Assembly: GCA_041391485.1 (NCBI GenBank)
Contig: JAWKNY010000001.1
Location: forward strand, 5,877-69,876
Source of the DNA: Bdellovibrionota bacterium
GTDB lineage: Bacteria; Bdellovibrionota; FAC87; UBA2466; JACKAF01
Direction of reading: 5' to 3'
Length of the DNA stretch: 64,000 nucleotides
The notes beneath the pieces were generated by a model. It was not told where the DNA came from. It did not search any database and saw nothing but the letters and a program-made list of their open reading frames with translations. The translations under genes were made by a program, and so were the position numbers. This document shows positions 9,996-23,302 of the stretch, piece by piece (the first letter of the stretch is position 1; the number at the start of each line of letters is the position of its first letter).

Positions 9996-10883
9996 CTACA
10001 CGCTCAGACGACACAAGATGCGCAGGGCTTTGGCAAGTTTGCGCGCCGCCGGCGACTCCAGATCAGTTTTGCGTTTCACGAGATAAACCGCGTGCTTGGT
10101 GTCGTTGAGCTTAGGGGGCAGCGGCATGGACTCCAAACAAAACTCTCTACGCGTGGTGCGGTTGTGAAGCTCCACGACAAAACGCGGGAGATAGGAAGCC
10201 GCTAGGCCTTGCCGACAAAGCTCCATCGCCGTTTCCATCATGTCGACGCGGTAGCGCACGTAACGAGGCACTCTATCTTCCGGCCAACCATCAAGACCCT
10301 TCACCTTATTGGGAGCGCCTTCTACGGGGTGCGCAGGAATCGCAAACGGTATCTTTTCAAAGGGCACGCCACTGAACTGCCCTTTTTTCGAGTACAAACC
10401 CATCTCCAAGGCCGTCACCTTCAAAAAATCCAGATTCTGGCTTGGAATGGGAACATAGGTGATGCCCAAATCCACTTCGTGCTCTTCCAAAGCCCGCTCC
10501 ATCTCTCCAGGAACCAGCTCACGAACCAGTAACGGCACGTCCTGCAGAAACTCCTTCGCGAGCACTCCGGTGAAATAGGTCGTAAACACCTCGAAGGAAC
10601 CAATACGAACGGGACTTTCTGTCTCGCGATGGGCGCGAAGGTCCTCGGAGAGCCGCTCCAGCGTTTCGAGCAGCGGACTGGCTTTGCGGGCCAGCTCTCG
10701 CCCCCTATCCGTCAGCATCACGCCACGCCCCGCCGGAGTCAGAAGCGGCACTCCCACTTCGTGCTCGAGCAATTTGATCGCTTTGGAGAGCGCTGCTGGC
10801 GAAAGGTGCAGCAGTTCCGAAGCCGCTCGCAAACTCCCCGTCTGGGCTACCGTAGTGAAGTATTTCAGACGCGTCGCATCCAT
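9996..10883 (-). CDS. LysR-family transcriptional regulator
   Basis: N-terminal HTH LKYFTTVAQTGSLRAASELLHLSPAALSKAIKLLE; intact 295 aa. Confidence 0.95.
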   Translation of the reverse strand: MDATRLKYFTTVAQTGSLRAASELLHLSPAALSKAIKLLEHEVGVPLLTPAGRGVMLTDRGRELARKASPLLETLERLSEDLRAHRETESPVRIGSFEVFTTYFTGVLAKEFLQDVPLLVRELVPGEMERALEEHEVDLGITYVPIPSQNLDFLKVTALEMGLYSKKGQFSGVPFEKIPFAIPAHPVEGAPNKVKGLDGWPEDRVPRYVRYRVDMMETAMELCRQGLAASYLPRFVVELHNRTTRREFCLESMPLPPKLNDTKHAVYLVKRKTDLESPAARKLAKALRILCRLSV

Positions 10884-11116
10884 CAGTTAACGATAATCGA
10901 AGATCATTTTCTTTTATTCAACGATATTCTGCGCTTTGCAGCATCACGCCGAAGCAGCCGAAGACGTCCTTCTCAGGTAAAATTTGAAGAGGGTGGCGCT
11001 GCCGCTGTTTCGTGCCCGAAAAGGGCCAATCCCGCATTGACTGAAGCTCCCTAGCGGCTATATTCCCTAAGGATCAGCGAAGTGCGCTAATCCCGCATCC
11101 TCGGAGGAATCGTAAA

Positions 11117-12343
11117 ATGCAGCACACGGAAACCGTAAAACTACCTTGGTACAAGAAAGTGAACTGGCCGAACACTCTCTTTCTTGTAGGCACCCCGTTA
11201 GCCGCGATCACCCTCACCCCCATTCACGTTTCTCTCTACGGTTTGAGTTGGGGACTGGTGGTCTTCTTCTTCACCTACGGAATGCTGACAAATCTCGCGG
11301 TAACGGCTGGCTACCACCGCCTCTTTGCGCACAGAAGCTATGATGTAAGCCCCGTGATCAAGTGGCTCTACCTCATCGTGGGCGCCGGTGCCGTGCAAGG
11401 CTCTGTGCTGCAGTGGGCTTCGGATCACCGTCGCCACCACCGTGAAGTCGACACAAACTCCGATCCGTACAGCATCAAAAAAGGTTTTTTCTACGCGCAC
11501 ATCGGCTGGCTTTTCATTAAGGATGATCCTATTTACAAAGATAAGTTTTCGCCGGATCTTCTCGCCGACAAAGCCATCATGTGGCAACACAACCACTACT
11601 ACCCGCTGGCGATGTTCATGAGTTTTGGTTTCCCCACTCTCGTCGGTTGGGCGATGGGCAACCCATGGGGCGGCCTAATCATCGGCGGTGTGCTGCGAAT
11701 CGTATTCACTCAGCACTGCACCTTCTTCATCAATTCGTTATGCCACATGATTGGCAAGCAGCCCTACAACGACAAGAATTCCGCTAAGGACAATTTCTTC
11801 CTGGCGATTTTTACCTGCGGTGAGGGTTACCATAATTTTCACCACCGCTTCGCATCGGACTACCGCAATGGCGTACGCTGGTGGCAGTGGGATCCCACGA
11901 AGTGGTGGATCCAGTCCTTGGCTTTCCTGGGACTTGCGTACCGTCTGAAGCGCGTATCGAGCTGGGAAATCCTGCGCGCGCGTTTGGCCCAGCAGCAAAA
12001 GCAGCTGCTTAGCCGCGGCGTGCCAGCCGAAACGATCAATGCGCTGAAAACCAAGATGGAAGAAGCCCAAGCCCGCATGCGAACGCTCAAAGACGACTAC
12101 CGTAAGCTGAAAGCCAGTATGCAGGCCCAATCCCGGCGCCACATGCTCCATCTAAAAGCGGAATTGAAAGTTGCAAAGTTGGAGTTTAGAATGGCACGCG
12201 CACAGTGGGGAGCCTATTTCAAAACCTTCATGTTATCCTTCCGGCGGTCAGCAGTAGGGCATAACCTCAGCTTATTTGTACTGCGGTCATTGCTGCGGCG
12301 CGATCGCGCGGAGATGCCGCCTTCCGCACGTTACGAAATTTGA
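11117..12343 (+). CDS. Delta-9 acyl-CoA/acyl-lipid desaturase with C-terminal coiled coil; true stop may be ~12230-12250
   Basis: His boxes HRLFAH, HRRHH and HNFHH, plus DPTKW. GGAGG RBS; divergent from the LysR gene. Confidence 0.92.
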   Translation: MQHTETVKLPWYKKVNWPNTLFLVGTPLAAITLTPIHVSLYGLSWGLVVFFFTYGMLTNLAVTAGYHRLFAHRSYDVSPVIKWLYLIVGAGAVQGSVLQWASDHRRHHREVDTNSDPYSIKKGFFYAHIGWLFIKDDPIYKDKFSPDLLADKAIMWQHNHYYPLAMFMSFGFPTLVGWAMGNPWGGLIIGGVLRIVFTQHCTFFINSLCHMIGKQPYNDKNSAKDNFFLAIFTCGEGYHNFHHRFASDYRNGVRWWQWDPTKWWIQSLAFLGLAYRLKRVSSWEILRARLAQQQKQLLSRGVPAETINALKTKMEEAQARMRTLKDDYRKLKASMQAQSRRHMLHLKAELKVAKLEFRMARAQWGAYFKTFMLSFRRSAVGHNLSLFVLRSLLRRDRAEMPPSARYEI

Positions 12344-12936
12344 GACCCAAAAACAAGCAACTCCTGCAGTATTACAAAGTCGGCCTCTCCCTGGAAAGTC
12401 ACACCTGGCTCCGGGACTCAACGAGCAAAGTGGCGGTGCTTCAGCAAAGCACGCTCAACTAATGCGTGGCTGAAAAGCCGCGCTGAAAATGCCGGCCGCG
12501 ACAACGTCTACATTCTGGTCAGCGTCAAGAATCCTCCTTATTTGCTGGTTTCCGTCGGCGATCGCTTACGAGAGCGCGATGTTTTCCCTCGTCTTGATCG
12601 AGACATGCTGATGCGGCTTCTCGCCGGACGTTTCAGCAACAGAGTTTTGATAAAGGCCTGCTGGAGGGCGCGGCGCTCATCCGCGACACACTCTCCAATC
12701 GCATCGACGGCACGGAAATCCCGACTTACACGATGATGCTGGCCCAGAAGGCGGCGGCCGCGCAACAGCAGCAGCGCGCACAAGGTGCGGGTCAACCGGG
12801 TTTGGGTGGCGGATCGTATCTTCACTGGATAGGACTTATCCTCGTCATTGTTTTTGGAATCTGGCTTGCCATCAACATCTACCAAACGCTCGCTACCAAA
12901 GCTAAATCCCAGACGCCGATTCAGGACGGCACCTGA
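12240..12936 (+). CDS. Probable TPM-domain membrane protein, heavily frameshifted
   Basis: Fragments VYILVSVKNPPYLLVSVGDRL and FDKGLLEGAALIRDTL, then a Q/G-rich linker and C-terminal TM (LHWIGLILVIVFGIWLAINIY). Confidence 0.4.
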
Positions 12937-13600
12937 TGCACCCGATTCTGGACGCGCTTGAAAATAAAGAACACGTTATTTGGGACTGGAACGGAACCTT
13001 ACTCGACGACGTCCATCTATGCGTCGGTGTGATCAGCGAGCTTCTAGTCGAACAGGGCAAAGCGGCGCTCAGTGGAGGAGTACCGCAACAAATTTGGGTT
13101 TCCCGTTGTCGACTACTACGTCCGGGCTTTCCGGCTTGATTTCGATAGAGCCCCATTTGAGACGGTGGGTGACGGATTTCGTTAAGCGCCAGCAACGAGC
13201 GCGTGCACCAATGCCGGCTCTTTTGAGGGCGTCGAGGACGTACTAAGAAGCCTTCAAACCGGAGGGCGGGATCAGTCGATGGGGCTTTCGGCAGCGAAGG
13301 AAAACAAGACCCTGCATTTTCTGACCGACACCCACGGGATCGCAGATTACTTCGCCCACCGTTTCGGAATCGCGGATCACTACGCCGCCGGCAAGGTGGC
13401 GCGCGGAAAAACAGCTCATTGAGACATTGGGCGGACCGCAACTCCTTCGTACTCATCGGAGATACCAAAGATCACGACGCCGAAGTCGCACGGGCGCTCG
13501 GCATCGATGCCCTCCTCCTCACCGGTGGCCACCACCCCATCGCCCGGCTTGAGGCCACCGGATCGCCCGTCCTAAGCTGGACTTTAAAGACATTTCTCAC
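12936..13600 (+). CDS. HAD-family hydrolase, frameshifted
   Basis: Motif I VIWDWNGTLLDD and motif IV LIGDTKDHDAEVARALG in different frames. Confidence 0.8.
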
Positions 13601-13685
13601 CAATTTGACTTTTGCTAGGCCATTTCCTATATTGCGCGCCGTCAAACATCTATCTGGAGTTGGGGCTGGAGAGAGAGGATTTTAG

Positions 13686-14598
13686 ATGCGCCACTATCGC
13701 CTACGACTATTGGTCTTGTTACTTGGTTTTTGGACGTCCGCTGGCGTTGCCACGACGGCCGCCCGCAGCTCCGCCCGCTACATGGCCGGCGGCCACGTGA
13801 TTCTGGGCCCGCAAAAATTAACGGGCACGGCGGCCCCGCTCAGTTACACCGAGTTTTTCTCTCCCAACCGCCCGGCCTGGATTGCCGATCTGCTCCAGCG
13901 TTACACGAATGGAGCGTCCGGAGAACTTTCTGAAGATCCTCGACACGCCTTCCGGATCGCACTGGGTAGCCGCCGATCTCCATTACCTGGTCGTCGAACC
14001 CGACGCCATGTACGATCACGTAGAGATAGACTTCGAAGTCTGGTCAGATGCAAAGCCAATCAAGAGCGTGCGCATGATGGCACCTGAGAATGCGGCCTTT
14101 AGATTTGACGCCCCCCATTTTGAGAGCGGCCACCTAGCCGCAAAGGCACGGGTGCACGTCGATCCCAAATCTCTTCTGCCTGGCAATTACCCTTTGCCGT
14201 TTGTCTCGCGAGAAGGCAACCGCAAGACCTGCTTGTCCGAAGAACACTTGGTGGTGGTTCGCATCCCCTCCCCTTGCCGCAAACACCCGGTCAACCTGGC
14301 TTGCCGCCCCCAACATTTGGAACGCAGCCGACAGGACTTGAAATCGGCGGCCATCTTTGAACGCCTCCACAGCTTGGCCGGTCCTGGACTTTCCGCGAGT
14401 ACGGAAGCCGTCCGGCGGTGCACACGGGAACGAAACTGCACGGAAGAAAGTCTAGGGGCGTGCTCAGAGCTGGCGATAGGCGTCGGCGCACCGGCCTGTG
14501 CCAAGATCCGTGAACTAGAAGAAGAGAAGGCCCGCCTCTTCGCCTCAAGCGAAGAAGTCGATCAGTTTTTCGCGCAAACGGATTGCTGCAAGGACTAG
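13686..14598 (+). CDS. Secreted Cys-rich hypothetical protein, one frameshift
   Basis: Signal peptide MRHYRLRLLVLLLGFWTSAGVA; continues in ORF 13882-14598 with about 9 Cys in the C-terminal half. Confidence 0.5.
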
Positions 14599-15491
14599 TG
14601 CCTGGGACTCGTGAGAGCCTCTTTCAAGAAGCTCAAGGAAGTAGCACCAGCGACAGACTGCGAGCGTTCCGGCAGGTAGGCGACGCTGATCGATTTCGAC
14701 AGCGCCTTTTACTGGCACCAAACGATAAATCGCCATGCCCCTGACTCTCCAGACTCTGCAAGTGATAGCCCGGTAAAATGCCAGCGCCCATCCCGCTTAG
14801 AATAAGCTTAGAAACTCCCCGACAATTTCCCAGGTACGCGCGCACATCGAGATCCATTTTCTTCGCGGCAGATGGTGGGCAAACCACTTGTGCAAAACCG
14901 GCGCGTCTTCCAGATAAGCGATGTAGGGAAGTTTCTCGTAATATTTTTTGTATGGGAAACGGGCCCCAGGCTATTCACAAGCTCAGGCGATGCGCATAGC
15001 TCAAGCGTCTCGTCGTACACGCGCTCGGTACGCACACGCGGATCCATCGAAAAATCATCGACGAAGGCAAAATCCAAATCACCATTCAAGAGCTTGCCGT
15101 TCATCTCGCAGCGAGCCCAATCTCCGCCTTAACGATGACCGCAGTTTTACAGGCGCCGCAATCAGAGGCAACAGCACGTTGTACGCAAACTCCGGCGGCA
15201 TGCCGATCGTCACTGCCCTTTAACTCCGTTCCGGAGAGCTGCCAAAACGCCCGTTCCAGTTCGTACATGCCCCGCGCGCAACCCTCATAGAGCGTCTTCG
15301 CGGCTGCAGTAGGCACAAGACGCTGGTGCACCCGATCGAACAGGCGCTGGTTCAAAACATCCTCAAGCGATTTTACGTGCTGAGAAACCCCGGACTGGGT
15401 CAAATGGAGCTCTTTCGCAGCATGGGTCATGCTCCGGTGCCTAAAACCACCGCGAACACTCTTGCTGGTTCAAGTTTAACTGCTCAACCAT
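14596..15491 (-). CDS. LysR-family transcriptional regulator, frameshifted
   Basis: SMTHAAKELHLTQSGVSQHVKSLE HTH, with DLDFAFVDD and SKLILSGMGAGILP substrate-domain fragments. Confidence 0.85.
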
Positions 15492-15547
15492 AAAAACGCC
15501 TCCCTAGGCCGGGGCATGCCAAAGCAGAGCCCGAAACCAGAGAGGAT

Positions 15548-15592
15548 TTAACAGCATCAGAATTACTAATCAACCAAACTAAAACTAATAAT
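15548..15592. promoter_or_regulatory. Probable LysR operator region between divergent LysR and vWA genes
   Basis: AT-rich ATCAGAATTACTAAT followed by AACTAAAACTAAT, resembling tandem T-N11-A LysR sites. Confidence 0.35.
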
Positions 15593-15660
15593 TTTTCCTT
15601 ATCCAAAGAAAGCCTTACAACCCCTCCTGGTGACATTTTTTTGAGCAAAGGAGTCTCACA

Positions 15661-17240
15661 ATGAAAATACAGACAGTGGGCTGCTCGGCACGTTGCTCGT
15701 AGCCGCCACCCAAGTCAGCGTCGCAGAGGAAGTTTCTCTGAAATGGCGCTGGCCAAGAAGCCGAAACCCTAAACCTGGTAAAAGGCCAGGCCGGTGTTTC
15801 CTATGACGCCGGCACTCGATTCGATCAACGATTCCCGCATCGAAAAGAGTCTTTGCGATCGAACCGGGAACGCGCTCACCGCAAAGCCTCAAGGATTTTT
15901 CCGACACCTGCCAGTTGGATCCCATCGTCGAGCCCCCCATTCGCTCCCTTAGGTGTACCGGGCGGCCTACCGATCTTGCCTTCCCGGCCCCACGCCCCTC
16001 CCGCAGCCCAACAAAAGACTGCGTCGCGAAGCGCACCGCCGTGGCGGACAAGCTACTACCGGTCGCGAGCCTTCAGACCAAGCTGGATGCGAGCCGTGAA
16101 ATTCAAGATCCCGCGCTTTCTACGAAGTGCTCGACCTCGACGCAGCCTTGCAGAAAAAACATGAAAGAGTACAAAGACCGCCCTGTCTTCAAGTTCAATG
16201 AAGGTATGGTGGCACCTTGCCGCAGCTCCGGCCGGCGTAGGCGGTGGCCTGAACGTCACCGCAGGCGGGTACTCAGACTTCGGTTACTTCCGCAAGCTCG
16301 TCACCGATGGCCAGGTCCCCTCATTTTGAAAGCCTCACCTTGAAGGCTTCCTAAGTGAATTGACCTTTCTCTGACCCCCCAAGCCTGCGACGCGCCTATA
16401 TTTGTGTACAGCCTATTATGACAGGACACGGCTGCGAAGAAAGCCTTTTCTGCAAATTGAATGAATTCCAACGTTCAGAAAGCGAACTTCCACCGCAAGC
16501 CGCTCAACTTCCGTCGCCTGACATTTCGGGTTCCATGAGCGCCACCGATGAATACCGAGAAGTCGCGTCTGGATTTGGGCAAAAGGATGCCATCGCCAAG
16601 ACAGTTGCTGAGCCTCAACGACAAGACATCCTTTCCATCGTCCTTTTACACTAACAGCGAAGTGCTCGTACCGGCCGCCCCGGTCACGGACAAGGCCGCA
16701 CTACTTGAAAAGGTAAACGCGCTCAAAACAAAAGGAAGCACCAATCAGCGGGTCTAGTCGACGGCTACGAGCAGCTGAGCGAACGGGCTTTGGATTTGGA
16801 GGGTTACGAAAGCCGCCTCATCCTCATCTCGGATGCCGGTCTCAACACAGGCGTCACAGATGAAGCCTCTGTGCTCAAACAAATCACCGACTACGCCAAT
16901 GAAGGCATCGGCCTCACGGCGATTGGCCTTGGGCTCAACTTCAACCAGAAGTTGTCCACGCCATCACGCAAAAAGCCGCGGCGGCAACTACCTCATATCC
17001 ACTTTGGCAAAGACATGTTCCGCTACTTCGAGTCCTTTGACTTCCTTGTGACCCCGGTCGCCTACAACCTCAAGGTGGCGTTGGAGTTCCTGGAGCCAAC
17101 CGTTGAGACCTACGGTGTTCCTCAAAAACGCCGACGCCCCGGTGCAGGAGCTGATCAACGTCCAGACGTTGTTCTTCAGCGAAGCCGGCGGCGCGATCGT
17201 GCTGGAGTACGATCTGAACTAAGGACAGAAAACAGCGACT
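15661..17240 (+). CDS. Secreted vWA-domain protein (YfbK-like), heavily frameshifted
   Basis: AAGGAG RBS; signal-like N-terminus; MIDAS DISGSMS; ILISDAGLNTG...GIGLTAIGLGLNFN; DFLVTPVAYNLKV. Confidence 0.7.
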
Positions 17241-17265
17241 GAAAAGCAGCTAGTACGACGCATCT

Positions 17266-17310
17266 AGAGGGGCCCTCGGTTGGGTTGGGGGGGGCCTCCT
17301 CTTTTATTTA
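17266..17310 (+). terminator. Possible rho-independent terminator after the vWA gene
   Basis: GAGGGGGCCC...GGGGCCTCCTC imperfect stem followed by TTTTATTT. Confidence 0.4.
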
Positions 17311-17361
17311 GCCTTCCCCTGCTATGTTGCGTCCCATCTTTAAGAATTGCGGGAGGCAAAA

Positions 17362-18463
<1,102 letters not shown>

Positions 18464-18465
18464 AT

Positions 18466-19317
18466 ATGGTGATGGAACTCGCGTCTCTTAGCAAAAAATC
18501 CAAATCTTTTGGCGGCTGGGTGGAATACTACCAACACGCCTCACGCCAAACCAAAACCACGATGCGCTTTTCGGTATTTCGACCTCCGCAGGCGGAAGCA
18601 GGACCGGTGCCGGTACTCTATTGGTTATCCGGCCTCACCTGTACGGAAGAGAATTTCACGGCAAAGTCCAGTGTCCAAAAGTACGCTGCGGAACATGGGC
18701 TACTCGTTGTCGCCCCGGATACCAGCCCACGCGGAGCCAGTATCCCCGGCGAGGATAAAGACTGGGACTTTGGAACAGGCGCCGGTTTTTATGTGAACGC
18801 CACCGAGGAACCCTGGGCCGCCCACTACCGTATGGATGCCTACGTCACGGAAGAACTTCCGGCGCTCATTGAAAAGCAATTTCCAGTGAAGCCCAATTGC
18901 TGCGCGATCAGCGGGCACTCCATGGGCGGACACGGAGCCCTTGTTGCGGCTCTCAGAAACCCCGGTCGCTACCGTAGCGTTTCCGCTTTTGCGCCTATCT
19001 GCGCCCCTTCCAAAGTACCCTGGGGTGAAAAGGCTTTTAGCCATTACCTAGGATCCGATCGCGAAAAGTGGAAGGCCTACGACGCTTGCGAACTCATCGC
19101 AAACGCAAAGGAAAAACTCCCCCTACTTGTCGATCAGGGGACGCATGATTCCTTCCTGAAAGATCAGCTCAAACCCGAGCTGCTGAAAGAAGCGTGTGAG
19201 AAGGCCGGCTATCCCCTGGAGCTGCGGATGCAAGAGGACTACGACCACAGTTACTTTTTCATTGCTACCTTCATCGGCGAGCACATCGCGTTCCACGCCA
19301 AATACCTGAAGGCCTAA
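18466..19317 (+). CDS. fghA: S-formylglutathione hydrolase
   Basis: WLSGLTCTEENF, DWDFGTGAGFY, GHSMGG nucleophile elbow, YDHSYFFI; directly after frmA. Confidence 0.95.
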   Translation: MVMELASLSKKSKSFGGWVEYYQHASRQTKTTMRFSVFRPPQAEAGPVPVLYWLSGLTCTEENFTAKSSVQKYAAEHGLLVVAPDTSPRGASIPGEDKDWDFGTGAGFYVNATEEPWAAHYRMDAYVTEELPALIEKQFPVKPNCCAISGHSMGGHGALVAALRNPGRYRSVSAFAPICAPSKVPWGEKAFSHYLGSDREKWKAYDACELIANAKEKLPLLVDQGTHDSFLKDQLKPELLKEACEKAGYPLELRMQEDYDHSYFFIATFIGEHIAFHAKYLKA

Positions 19318-19384
19318 CGCCAGCAAAACGCCCAAGCCGCGAGAGAAAACTTGTGGCATACTGTTTTTTTTTGAGGAGGTCGTT

Positions 19385-20377
19385 ATTTCTTCAGCCTGGG
19401 GTGCCGAAACCAAATACTTTTACGCGATAACGCCGGAAAAAATTCTGGACGCTGTCGAGGCTGGCGGGCTTCTCTGCACCGGTCGCTGTTTGCCGTTGAA
19501 CAGCATGGAGAACCGCGTTTACGAAGTGGAAATCGAACTCGACGAAGCTCCCGAGAACCCTAGCGATCGTTTCCGAATTGCAAAATTTTATCGTCCAGGC
19601 CGCTGGACCAAAGAACAGATCCTGGAAGAGCACCAGTTTCTTCATGATCTGGAAGAAGCGGAGATCCCTGTTGTCGCTCCCCTGAGGTTTGAAAACGGCG
19701 AAACCTTGCGCAAATTGGAGGACATCGACATCTGGTACACGCTTTTCCCAAAACGGGGCGGACGCAACCCCGATGAGCTGACCAACTTTCAAGTCGATCA
19801 GATCGGGCGACTCCTCGCGCGCTTGCACGCCGTCGGTGCCTCCCGTCCCGCCCCTCACCGCTTGCAACTATCCCCTCAGACGTATGGCATTGAAAGTTTA
19901 AGATACCTTAGCCGATTCACGAGGTGCTGCCCGCCCACATTGAACAAGGCTACAAACAGATTGTAGAGACCATTTGCAAAACCACCGCTCAATGGTTTGA
20001 AGCATGGTGCAGCGCATTCACGGAGACAGCCATTTGGGGAACCTCCTGCTCGGAATGCGGACTCTTCTGGGTGGATTTTGACGATATGGTGCGCGGGCCT
20101 TTTGCGGATGTTTGTTTCTGCTTCCGGGGCGAGACGAGTACATTTAGACAGAGGGATCAATGCTTGGACCTATTGTCAGATCAATGAACAACTATGAATG
20201 CGGCTGATTGAACCCTTACGCGCTCTGCGCTTTGTGCATTTTTCAGCGTGGATATCCAAACGCTGGGAAGATCCTGCCTTTCCACGCGCGTTCCCACAAT
20301 ACGGTGATGCGCGCTATTGGGAGCAGCAGTTGATGGATTTGCGTGAGCAGCTGGCTCTGATTCAGCAGGATGCCTAG
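19385..20377 (+). CDS. srkA: Serine/threonine protein kinase (RdoA/YihE type), frameshifted
   Basis: LNSMENRVY, AKFYRPGRW, ILEEHQF, VDFDD, PLRALR, WEDPAFPRAFP; GAGGAGG RBS. Confidence 0.9.
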
Positions 20378-21100
20378 GTAACCGGTGTTTTTCAATCTGG
20401 CGATAAACTTCTGAAGCAGCTCTTCCATAGCATCACCAGGTTCCAAGTACATGTAGAGGAAAGCCAGAATTCTGGCGTCTATCTGGGTGAGCTGTGTGAC
20501 GTATCCCGAAACGCCGTTCTTTTCATAAAAAACGCTGTCGGCATACAAAGCTTGGTCGCGCATCGGACCCATCACTTGGGTAAGTTCCTCAAGCAGGGTG
20601 TGGCGCAGAACGGTGTCCGATCCCGGATCAGATTGAATGAGAACTACGCCGTCCAAAATTCGGCCAACCGAATCGTTGTGTGTCCAGAAAAAGCCCGAAT
20701 TCCCTTCGACGTAGTCGATTCCGAAATAATCACCCATTTGCGCCATTTGAGAACCCAGTCCAAACGCCAGTTTGATATCCCGGCACCATCTGGTTTGTCT
20801 TGATGACCTGGATCTGAATCCCTGAGTACCGAATCGCGTAGTTCACTTGGAGTGGCGGCGTTGGCGTATTGCTTTTGTTGGGTCGTGGCATTGAAGAATG
20901 AAAGGGTTGGCGAGTGCATCCAACGAACGATGGTACTCCCCACCATATTCGGCGCCCAAAACGACTGGACAGAAACGCAAAATCGGATTGCAGAGCGGGG
21001 CTAACGGTTTGGATTCCGGAAACTGGTGGTACTGCTATCTGTTAGTCGCGCTCAGCCGCTGGATTTTCGACGCCTGTGCAAAAAACCAACAACGACATTG
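20376..21100 (-). CDS. DUF2927-like protein, frameshifted
   Basis: RHTLLEELTQVMGPMRD...SVFY...LTQIDARILAFLY matches the family's EElTQxlG motif; 5' part in other frames. Confidence 0.6.
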
Positions 21101-21289
21101 CCAGGTATGGTTAGAGTCTGCATGTTGTCGAATCAAAGCTAGGCAAATACCTTTATGGGGTGCAAAGCACATGCATCCCCGCGAGCCGAGGCGCACTTTT
21201 TAGTGCTGTAATTTCAATTACTTCTAACCCACCTCTCATGCCGTGAATACGGACTGTATACACCTTTTAGACAGCTGTCGTGGGCTCGG

Positions 21290-22400
21290 CCGACGACGAA
21301 TGAATCTGGGGGCAGCCCGTGATATGCTTAAACTTAGCACCGCACTCTACTCCCTATGCCCAAAAACAAAGCCGCCTCCTCTATCTGGTAAACGCGCCGA
21401 TCGATTTCATATTCATCGGAGGCTTTTCACTCGTCACCTTCGCCATTACGTTCAACCTTGTGGGGAAGGCATCAGCCACGACTTCATCCTCCAGCTAGCG
21501 GTGTTTTTGCTCTGGGTCGAGCGGCCCATTTCGCGGCGAGCAACTACCGCTTGTACTCCAGTCGAGACAATATCCGCCAGTACCCCATCACGGCCCTCGT
21601 CATGCCTATCGTGGTTCTCGGTGAAAATCATCGGATCTTTCTTTCTCCGCAAACCTTGGCACCCTTTTGGGCGGGCTTACTCTGTTTCTGGTCTGCTTGC
21701 TTTCACTTCAGCGGTCAGTCCGTCGGCATTACGTTGCTCTACGCCCGTCGTTCCGGCATCGTTCTGAGTCCGTGGGAACGCTACTCTTTTGCGGCGTTTA
21801 TTTTCACAACTTTTCTCTTCTCGTCTTGGACGGGCGACGCCAACCCAGTTGGAGCCGGTTACTACGGAATTGAATACCCGGGGCTCGGGGTCCCTGGCTG
21901 GTTCGGTTACGCGGCCGAAGCCAGCATCATGGATCGCCGGGATCCCACTTGCCGTTTTGCTTCGCCCGAGCATCATCAGACAAGAAGGTAGCGTCTCGCC
22001 GGGTCGTGTGCTTCCCGCGGGCCAGTACGAACGGTTTCGTGACAGAGCCGGGGACACAAAACTTCATCCTCGTCCCCTTCTTCCACAGCATCCAATGCAT
22101 GTATCGCTTGGGTATTGCAGCTCCGATTGAGAAAAGATAAACAAGATTCCGGGTTTAAACCTTCGTACTTACGAGTATTCGGTGGGGCGCGCTGAACATC
22201 CTGGGTGGATGCTACTCTTTTACTTTTTCCGATCTTCTGTACCTGGTTCGGCTTCCCGCTCGATTTTGCAACCGGTGTTGCCATCGCGGGCGTCCAGATT
22301 CATCACTTTTTTGTGGACGGCGTGATCTGGAAGCTTCGCAACCCCGCCGTAGCGGCCCCATTGATGGGAAGTTTCTCCGATCTCCTTAAACTGCTCGCTA
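21290..22400 (+). CDS. Polytopic membrane protein with conserved His motifs, frameshifted
   Basis: Fragments HFAASNYRLY, FHFSGQSVG, FFHSIQ and QIHHFFVDGVIWKLRNP across frames; hydrophobic throughout. Confidence 0.55.
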
Positions 22401-22424
22401 CCGGCGAAGCTTGCGGAGTGCCGC

Positions 22425-23280
22425 GTGAAACGAATTCTGCTTCTTCTTCTCTTTATATACGCATGTTCGCTGAAAAGCCTTCGGTGACGAACGCGTCGTA
22501 CTGCATACCATTGCCGGAGATATCGTCCTTGGACTCTTCCCCGACAAAGCCCCCCGCCATGTAGAACAAATTCTGCGTTTGGTGCGGATGGGGGCTTACG
22601 ACACGACCCACTTTTATCGACTCGAACGGGTTTTGTCCTCCAAACTTCGCTCATCGAAGACAGGACTATCCCAGCTCATCCCGACTTATTGGCTCAAGCG
22701 AAGCCACTCCCTTAGAAATCGGCGATCTCAAACACGAGCAATGGGTGCTCTCGATGGCTCGCCAGGACAACGACCCCAATAGCGCGACAAGCTCCTTCTC
22801 CATCCTGCTGGGAAGGCACCTCACCTTGATGGCAAATACACCATCTTTGGACAGGTCATCGACGGTTTGATGTCATTTCAGAATTACTCAAAGCCCCGCT
22901 CACGCCGGACAAAAAGCCGATGCGGTTGAGCATCCAAAAAGCAGAGGTGTTAAACGTCCGTGAACTTTGAGCAAAACATTGGCTCCAGCCGTCGGAGAAG
23001 CTCAAGAGCCCCTATTCGGTACACCTTGTCGCGGGAATCAGTTTGATTCACTCGTTTCACTGGCCCGCTTTTTTATCGGAAAGAATTTCTGACGGAGCAG
23101 CAGTTCTCCAACTCTACTTACCTCTCAATCTGCTCATCGCTGTGTTTTTCTGTTGTTTACCGCGCTGCCCGGAACTTCAACACACACGCGCGTGGCTCGG
23201 TGGACTTCTCTCCACCCAACGATGCGCCGCTCTGGCTGATGGGTCGGTTGAAGGCTCCCGTCCTCTAAAAGAATACCTAA
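22425..23280 (+). CDS. Cyclophilin-type peptidyl-prolyl isomerase with C-terminal hydrophobic segments, frameshifted
   Basis: DIVLGLFPDKAPRHVEQILRLVRMGAYDTTHFYR; SFSILL...PHLDGKYTIFGQV. Confidence 0.7.
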
Positions 23281-23302
23281 GCAATTGTGCTAGAGTAATA
23301 GG

